From positions 16,770-80,769 of the forward strand of contig JAUVXU010000008.1 in NCBI GenBank assembly GCA_030603445.1: a DNA stretch of 64,000 nt. Direction: 5' to 3'. This document shows, piece after piece, positions 59,521 to 64,000 of this stretch; the stretch's first letter is position 1; every line of letters starts with the position of its first letter. This stretch comes from Methanomicrobia archaeon. Its GTDB lineage: Archaea; Methanobacteriota_B; Thermococci; Methanofastidiosales; NM3. Below the pieces are notes generated by a model. That model was not told the origin of the DNA and searched no databases. It saw only the letters and a program-made list of their open reading frames with translations. Position numbers and translations under genes: made by a program.

Positions 59521-59973
59521 ATGGAAACAAAACTATACGACGAAAAGGATTTAAGAATACTTGAAGCGCTAAAAAAAGATGGCAGGAAACCAACTTCAAA
59601 ACTTTCTAAGGAACTTGGAATACCAAGAGTGACCATACACCAACGCATAAACAAGATGATTGCAAATGGAATTATAAAAAAATTCACTGTGCGACCAGAC
59701 TATACAAAACTCAAAAAACCTGTAACTGCATTCGTACTCATTTCATTTATATCTAATCCCAAAGTAAGCCAAAGAGAGCTTGCATCAAAAATAGCCTTAA
59801 TGGGTGGCGTAGAAGAATTATTCATAATATCTGGTGAATGGGACTTAATATTAAAGGTCAGGGCCAAATCTGCAGAAGATGTAGGGTCATTGATAATAGA
59901 CAAATTACGAACCTTTGAGGGTGTAGGAAAAGCAACAACCTGTATAAGCTTTAGTGCTGTAAAGGAAGAATAA
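59521..59973 (+). CDS. Lrp/AsnC-family transcriptional regulator
   Basis: N-terminal HTH (DLRILEALKKDGRKPTSKLSKELGIPRVTIHQRINKM) plus RAM domain. Confidence 0.85.
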   Translation: METKLYDEKDLRILEALKKDGRKPTSKLSKELGIPRVTIHQRINKMIANGIIKKFTVRPDYTKLKKPVTAFVLISFISNPKVSQRELASKIALMGGVEELFIISGEWDLILKVRAKSAEDVGSLIIDKLRTFEGVGKATTCISFSAVKEE

Positions 59974-59982
59974 CAAAACAAT

Positions 59983-61002
59983 TTATTTTTCTTTTTCATT
60001 TTCTTTTGAATCTTCTGTTTTTATTATTGTGTGATAATATACATTCTTTCCATCTAATATGAAGTATATCTCCTTATTTTGATCCAAAATAACTCTTTTC
60101 CTATAGTCAATAGCTATGTCCACTAAATCCTTTAGTTCAGGTATGAATATCTCTTTGTCCCACTTCCCTTTAGGATATGTTCCAATGCTAATCCAATCGT
60201 GGAATTTTTTATCTTCATCTTTACTTCCTTTGGTGTAGATGAAAAATCCAACGAGAACTATAACACAAGCCACGATAACTCCAATAGGGATAAGTAAATC
60301 ATTGAAAGTTTTCCTTCGTTCAATGATTTGTGACGTGAAATAGCTTTTTGTTGTTGGTGTAGGATTCTGTGAAACATCAAATGCATAGTAGTCGTTTCCA
60401 AAAACTACGGGTAATTCATATATCTCCCTCCCCTCAAAAGGAGTAGAGGAAATGGAACCCTGGTAATCTACGCTCGTAATTATAACGCCATTACTTCGTC
60501 CAACAGACCTGCCAACGCTATCTGCTATTTCCTCGATTTTATCTCTTATGTCCCATGCATTTAATGTGAATGAGTCTGACATCTCCCATTTAGTTATATC
60601 AAAATGCTCCTTTGAGGAAAGGAAATATTTTTTCTCCCAAAATGGTATTCCATTTTCATTCGTCTCTGATAGTATGAGTTCTGTCTTAGTTGTGAAGAAT
60701 ATTGTTGCGTCAGATGTTGTGGGTTCAAACTCAAAGATAAATGAGATTGTTGAAATTGGAGATATTGTGTAAAAATAACCCGCCATAGAGGAGAGCTGTG
60801 TTCCTAAAGGGTAAAGCGGATTGTCCTCCTGAACTGTAGAGTATTGCTCATAACACCCATTGTACGAGAAAGCATAATCCAATACATTCTGATGTTCAGT
60901 GATGGGTTTAGTGTATTCTAGATAGGTCCACGCAAACGATGCTATTAAAGCAATTATTATAATTACAACAAAAGTCACGCCCTTATTATTCATATTATTC
61001 AC
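59983..61002 (-). CDS. hypothetical membrane protein (TM near N-terminus and near C-terminal third)
   Basis: 339-aa ORF directly downstream of the sipW-like gene. Confidence 0.45.
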   Translation of the reverse strand: MNNMNNKGVTFVVIIIIALIASFAWTYLEYTKPITEHQNVLDYAFSYNGCYEQYSTVQEDNPLYPLGTQLSSMAGYFYTISPISTISFIFEFEPTTSDATIFFTTKTELILSETNENGIPFWEKKYFLSSKEHFDITKWEMSDSFTLNAWDIRDKIEEIADSVGRSVGRSNGVIITSVDYQGSISSTPFEGREIYELPVVFGNDYYAFDVSQNPTPTTKSYFTSQIIERRKTFNDLLIPIGVIVACVIVLVGFFIYTKGSKDEDKKFHDWISIGTYPKGKWDKEIFIPELKDLVDIAIDYRKRVILDQNKEIYFILDGKNVYYHTIIKTEDSKENEKEK

Positions 61003-61030
61003 CTTTAATACATATACATAAATTATGTTA

Positions 61031-62170
61031 TTAAATATTACTTGGTTTATTATGGCCTTTTGAAGGCTTTCTTTCTATTAATTTCATTTCATTTCTTAAT
61101 GTCACGAAAATTGGGATTGATAACACCAAAGCCAATAAATCCATTATAACTATAGGAAGATATTTGCTTTGTTCTCGTAATGTTGTTGTGGTATTGTACG
61201 GGAGTATGCCCATATATACATCCATAGAAATATATTCTTGGTAGTATCCTGAGGTCATCGGTGCTGTTACTTCGTACGCCACCCTTCTTGTCTCGCCATT
61301 ACGTAGTGTAAATGATGTAGTGGAAAGGCTTATAATAGAATCCCTGCCTTGTACAAAAACATGTATGGGCAGAAAACCTCTATTCTTTATATCTAAAAAC
61401 TGTTCAACAGTATCACCCAAATGCACTGCGCGAGTATTTGTAATTCCTTCAGTAGCTATTAGGTCCACTTTGTTAGATTGCGACATTGACATCATAGAAA
61501 CTGTTGTAGCAAATACTATGAAAATAATAAAAAACAAATATATTGCATATTGTGATTTAGCCACATTCTTAACTTCTCTGTTGTACTTTGATTCCTTCTT
61601 TTTCAATGAGAACAAATCTGTAACAATGGCTATAAACGACAACAAGCCAAAGCCGACAATTAGTTGTCCTAATCTATCACTACCAGGACTAACACCAATA
61701 AACAAAAATAATTTTGTGGCGAGTGAAGAAAGAAAATTTGAAAGAGAAAATATAATCGTTCCAAAGTAGGGAATAGTCACAATATTGCCATTGAACTGCA
61801 ACACTTTTCCTACGATCTGTTCACGTTTTACATAAGGTTCAGCATACGTCCCGCCTTGATCTGTGAACGTATTTTTATCCCCTTGTGTTATGAAACCTTG
61901 GGGCGTCTCGCCAACAATGCGATGCGTGAGAAATTTATATGGGTAATTTTCCGCATTGAATACAACAACATCTCCAACAGAGAACGAAGACACAAACTGC
62001 GAAGGGACTATAAAGAACCCGTCTCCCTCTTTTAGTTGTGGTTCCATTGATGATGTCTCTACATAAGATATACCAACAGGATACTGTAATAAGCCGCTAG
62101 CAATTACTGGAAAGAAGAAAAGAAGCAAAAGAACGTAAGCTAAGTCTTGTGCTGTCGAAGCTGCTTTCAT
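61031..62170 (-). CDS. sipW: signal peptidase I (SipW/Sec11-type, Ser-His) with C-terminal extension
   Basis: Box B SSMEP, box C GDVVVF, box D THRIVG, box E GDKNTFTDQG; N-terminal TM. Confidence 0.7.
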   Translation of the reverse strand: MKAASTAQDLAYVLLLLFFFPVIASGLLQYPVGISYVETSSMEPQLKEGDGFFIVPSQFVSSFSVGDVVVFNAENYPYKFLTHRIVGETPQGFITQGDKNTFTDQGGTYAEPYVKREQIVGKVLQFNGNIVTIPYFGTIIFSLSNFLSSLATKLFLFIGVSPGSDRLGQLIVGFGLLSFIAIVTDLFSLKKKESKYNREVKNVAKSQYAIYLFFIIFIVFATTVSMMSMSQSNKVDLIATEGITNTRAVHLGDTVEQFLDIKNRGFLPIHVFVQGRDSIISLSTTSFTLRNGETRRVAYEVTAPMTSGYYQEYISMDVYMGILPYNTTTTLREQSKYLPIVIMDLLALVLSIPIFVTLRNEMKLIERKPSKGHNKPSNI

Positions 62171-62182
62171 ATTTGCACCCGC

Positions 62183-63109
62183 TTAATAATATTCCCAAAT
62201 AATTACTTCTTCGTAATTTCCTTTAATCTTTGCGTACCATTTAAGGGTATATACATCTAGATAGATGTATTGATTTTTATGAGTTGTGTAAAGGGTGTTA
62301 TCCAAAGCCTTTACTTTAATAGTTCCTGTTTTAGGGGATAATTGAATAGCGGATACTTTTTCTGAACTTGTTAATTTTATTAGATCATATTTGTATGTGT
62401 AGCCGTTTATCGTTTTATTCCATATTTTTGGATCAAGCCCCATGTCTGTATAATTATAATCTCCCCATGTGCGGATTTTTACTCCGTTTGAAAGCGCATC
62501 ATACGCAACTCCCCTTATAAACTCAGCGTTTTCTGGCATAGTATTGTCATTAGGATCATACCCTTCAGGAGATTCGTATTCTTCTATTAATATTTCAGCA
62601 GTTCTTGTAAGTGTTATGAATGGGGTGCCCTCTGCGTTAGAAGCAACGATATCAATGACACTGATAAGTGACTCATCGCTAGTGATATCTATTGCATCTA
62701 TAAAAACATCCACAGTAATAACATTGCCTACAGGTATTGTGATGCCTCCGGTTTCCAGATTGCTCAAGCTAGATGTGAAAGTTACATTGTCCGGATAATT
62801 GCCATCATCAAATATCTTTACAAAAATAGTCTCATTTAAGTCATTCTCTATTTTAAAAATACTTTGTATTTCAACTTTTTCTCCCTGTGGCACATCAAGA
62901 ATATGAAGCTCAAATGCACCATTATTATCTGAATCATGAAAATATTCTGGGTTCTCAGTTGTTGGATAAAGAGATACAACTCCTGACGTATCATCTACCA
63001 ATTGTAATGAAACATCGCGCTCAATAGATAATGTAGTATAGGCGCCTGAACTTATGATTATCATTATTAAAGCCAGCATAGAAAAACCGGCCAATACATA
63101 TCCTTTCAT
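62183..63109 (-). CDS. secreted protein with SipW-cognate-type signal peptide (TasA/camelysin-like)
   Basis: N-terminus MKGYVLAGFSMLALIMIIISSGAYTTLSIERDVSLQLVDD, matching the hydrophobic stretch / G-A-[FY]-T / D-R pattern of TasA-class substrates. Confidence 0.55.
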   Translation of the reverse strand: MKGYVLAGFSMLALIMIIISSGAYTTLSIERDVSLQLVDDTSGVVSLYPTTENPEYFHDSDNNGAFELHILDVPQGEKVEIQSIFKIENDLNETIFVKIFDDGNYPDNVTFTSSLSNLETGGITIPVGNVITVDVFIDAIDITSDESLISVIDIVASNAEGTPFITLTRTAEILIEEYESPEGYDPNDNTMPENAEFIRGVAYDALSNGVKIRTWGDYNYTDMGLDPKIWNKTINGYTYKYDLIKLTSSEKVSAIQLSPKTGTIKVKALDNTLYTTHKNQYIYLDVYTLKWYAKIKGNYEEVIIWEYY

Positions 63110-63241
63110 ATAATCGACCTTACATTTTCTCTTTTTTCACTTTAATAAATATATGCTACATAATTTATATTATTGCATCGAATTGATAAAATTAAAAAGA
63201 TAATAAAATTGTAAAAGGGGGCAATACCCCTTTTTACAGTA

Positions 63242-63718
63242 TTATACTGCAGTGGCGTTTATGTTTATGCTTGTAAGCACGCTGTCTCCCTCGGAGAGGC
63301 CTTCTGTATCCATCTTCATTGATACTGACTGCATCTGTCCTGGAGCAAGGGTGAATGATGTAGTGCTTAGGCTAACGTTGCTTACAGCAGATTCCCCGTT
63401 AAATGGCAGAAGTGTAACAAGCACGTCCTGCGTGCCGTTGTTTGTTATTGTGAATAAATCCTCTATTAGTATTTCTGCATCGGCGTTGACGCCTTTTGCG
63501 ACGTTTCCTATATCGATGAAGAACTTGCCGGATTCATCGAATCCTGCATACTTTCCGTTTGGCCCTTCTGCAGGGTTTATCCCGAGGATAGCTGATGCGT
63601 CCCCGACGACGTTAATTGTTGCGCTACGATCCGCCGTAACGGATGTGAAGGCCCCGGTGGACATGACCAGAATGGCAGCCACAAGGATTCCGAAGAGAGG
63701 CAATAGTTTTTTCATCAT
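63242..63718 (-). CDS. small secreted protein with SipW-cognate-type signal peptide (TasA/camelysin-like)
   Basis: N-terminus MMKKLLPLFGILVAAILVMSTGAFTSVTADRSATINVVGD. Confidence 0.55.
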   Translation of the reverse strand: MMKKLLPLFGILVAAILVMSTGAFTSVTADRSATINVVGDASAILGINPAEGPNGKYAGFDESGKFFIDIGNVAKGVNADAEILIEDLFTITNNGTQDVLVTLLPFNGESAVSNVSLSTTSFTLAPGQMQSVSMKMDTEGLSEGDSVLTSININATAV

Positions 63719-63759
63719 GATTCATACACCTTTGAAGTGATATGAACTTAGTTGTCCTC

Positions 63760-63835
63760 TTTCCTTTAAAAAGGAAACGAACTTAAGGTAAGGAACAGTG
63801 TTCTTTTTTAACAAATCCCCCTTTAGGGGATTTGT
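63760..63835. promoter_or_regulatory. two perfect palindromes upstream of the TasA-like gene
   Basis: TTTCCTTTaaAAAGGAAA (63760-63777) and ACAAATCCCCctttaGGGGATTTGT (63811-63835), 45-115 nt upstream of the start at 63718. Confidence 0.25.
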
Positions 63836-64000
63836 ATTGTTATAAGCAGAATTCAAGCCTAATTCTTGCTTCTTTTATTAATTTCATAATAACATGTCCA
63901 AAATTCATATACTATCATATGCCTCAAGCAAAAAAGAGAATAATCCTATGTGTTGGATACGGCAACTACCTGGGAGTAAATAAGAAGGAAGGAAGCTTCG

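Noticed and set aside
1-64000. CRISPR arrays, rRNA genes, transposases/IS elements, integrase
   Set aside because: No regularly spaced direct repeats of 25-40 nt, no rRNA-like segments, and no DDE transposase or tyrosine recombinase ORFs were seen on either strand.

Overview
Archaeal chromosomal segment, AT-rich. Archaeal hallmarks include a membrane LonB, two PurP genes, O-phosphoseryl-tRNA ligase (SepRS), archaeal-type AlaRS, Taw1, prefoldin beta and an intron-bearing tRNA. Most of the window is housekeeping. It holds a 12-gene purine biosynthesis supercluster at 17.1-30.4 kb, in the order purP-purP'-purC-purS-purL-purQ-purF-purF'-purD-purT-purE-purM, with tandem purP and tandem purF paralogs. 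It also holds a glmM-glmU-like operon, alaS, nadE, lonB, an HK-RR-RR two-component set and six tRNA genes. Three accessory regions stand out. (1) At 32.9-34.5 kb, next to tRNA-Met and tRNA-Asn, sits an integron-like cassette array lacking an integrase: three attC-like imperfect palindromes with covarying arms, each 3' of a small cargo ORF (HD hydrolase, VOC/glyoxalase). (2) At 60-63.7 kb, a SipW-like signal peptidase I sits beside two secreted proteins carrying SipW-cognate (TasA/camelysin-like) signal peptides, a candidate fibre or biofilm-matrix system. (3) An AT-rich non-coding island around tRNA-Val contains a tRNA-like 3' fragment and a candidate C/D-box sRNA. Other items are a radical SAM enzyme with an N-terminal rubredoxin-like Cys cluster (possibly tetraether-synthase-like) beside a DUF4430/ECF-S pair and a YcaO gene, and an asnC/asnA-like divergent pair. 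No CRISPR array, rRNA gene, transposase or integrase is visible in the window.
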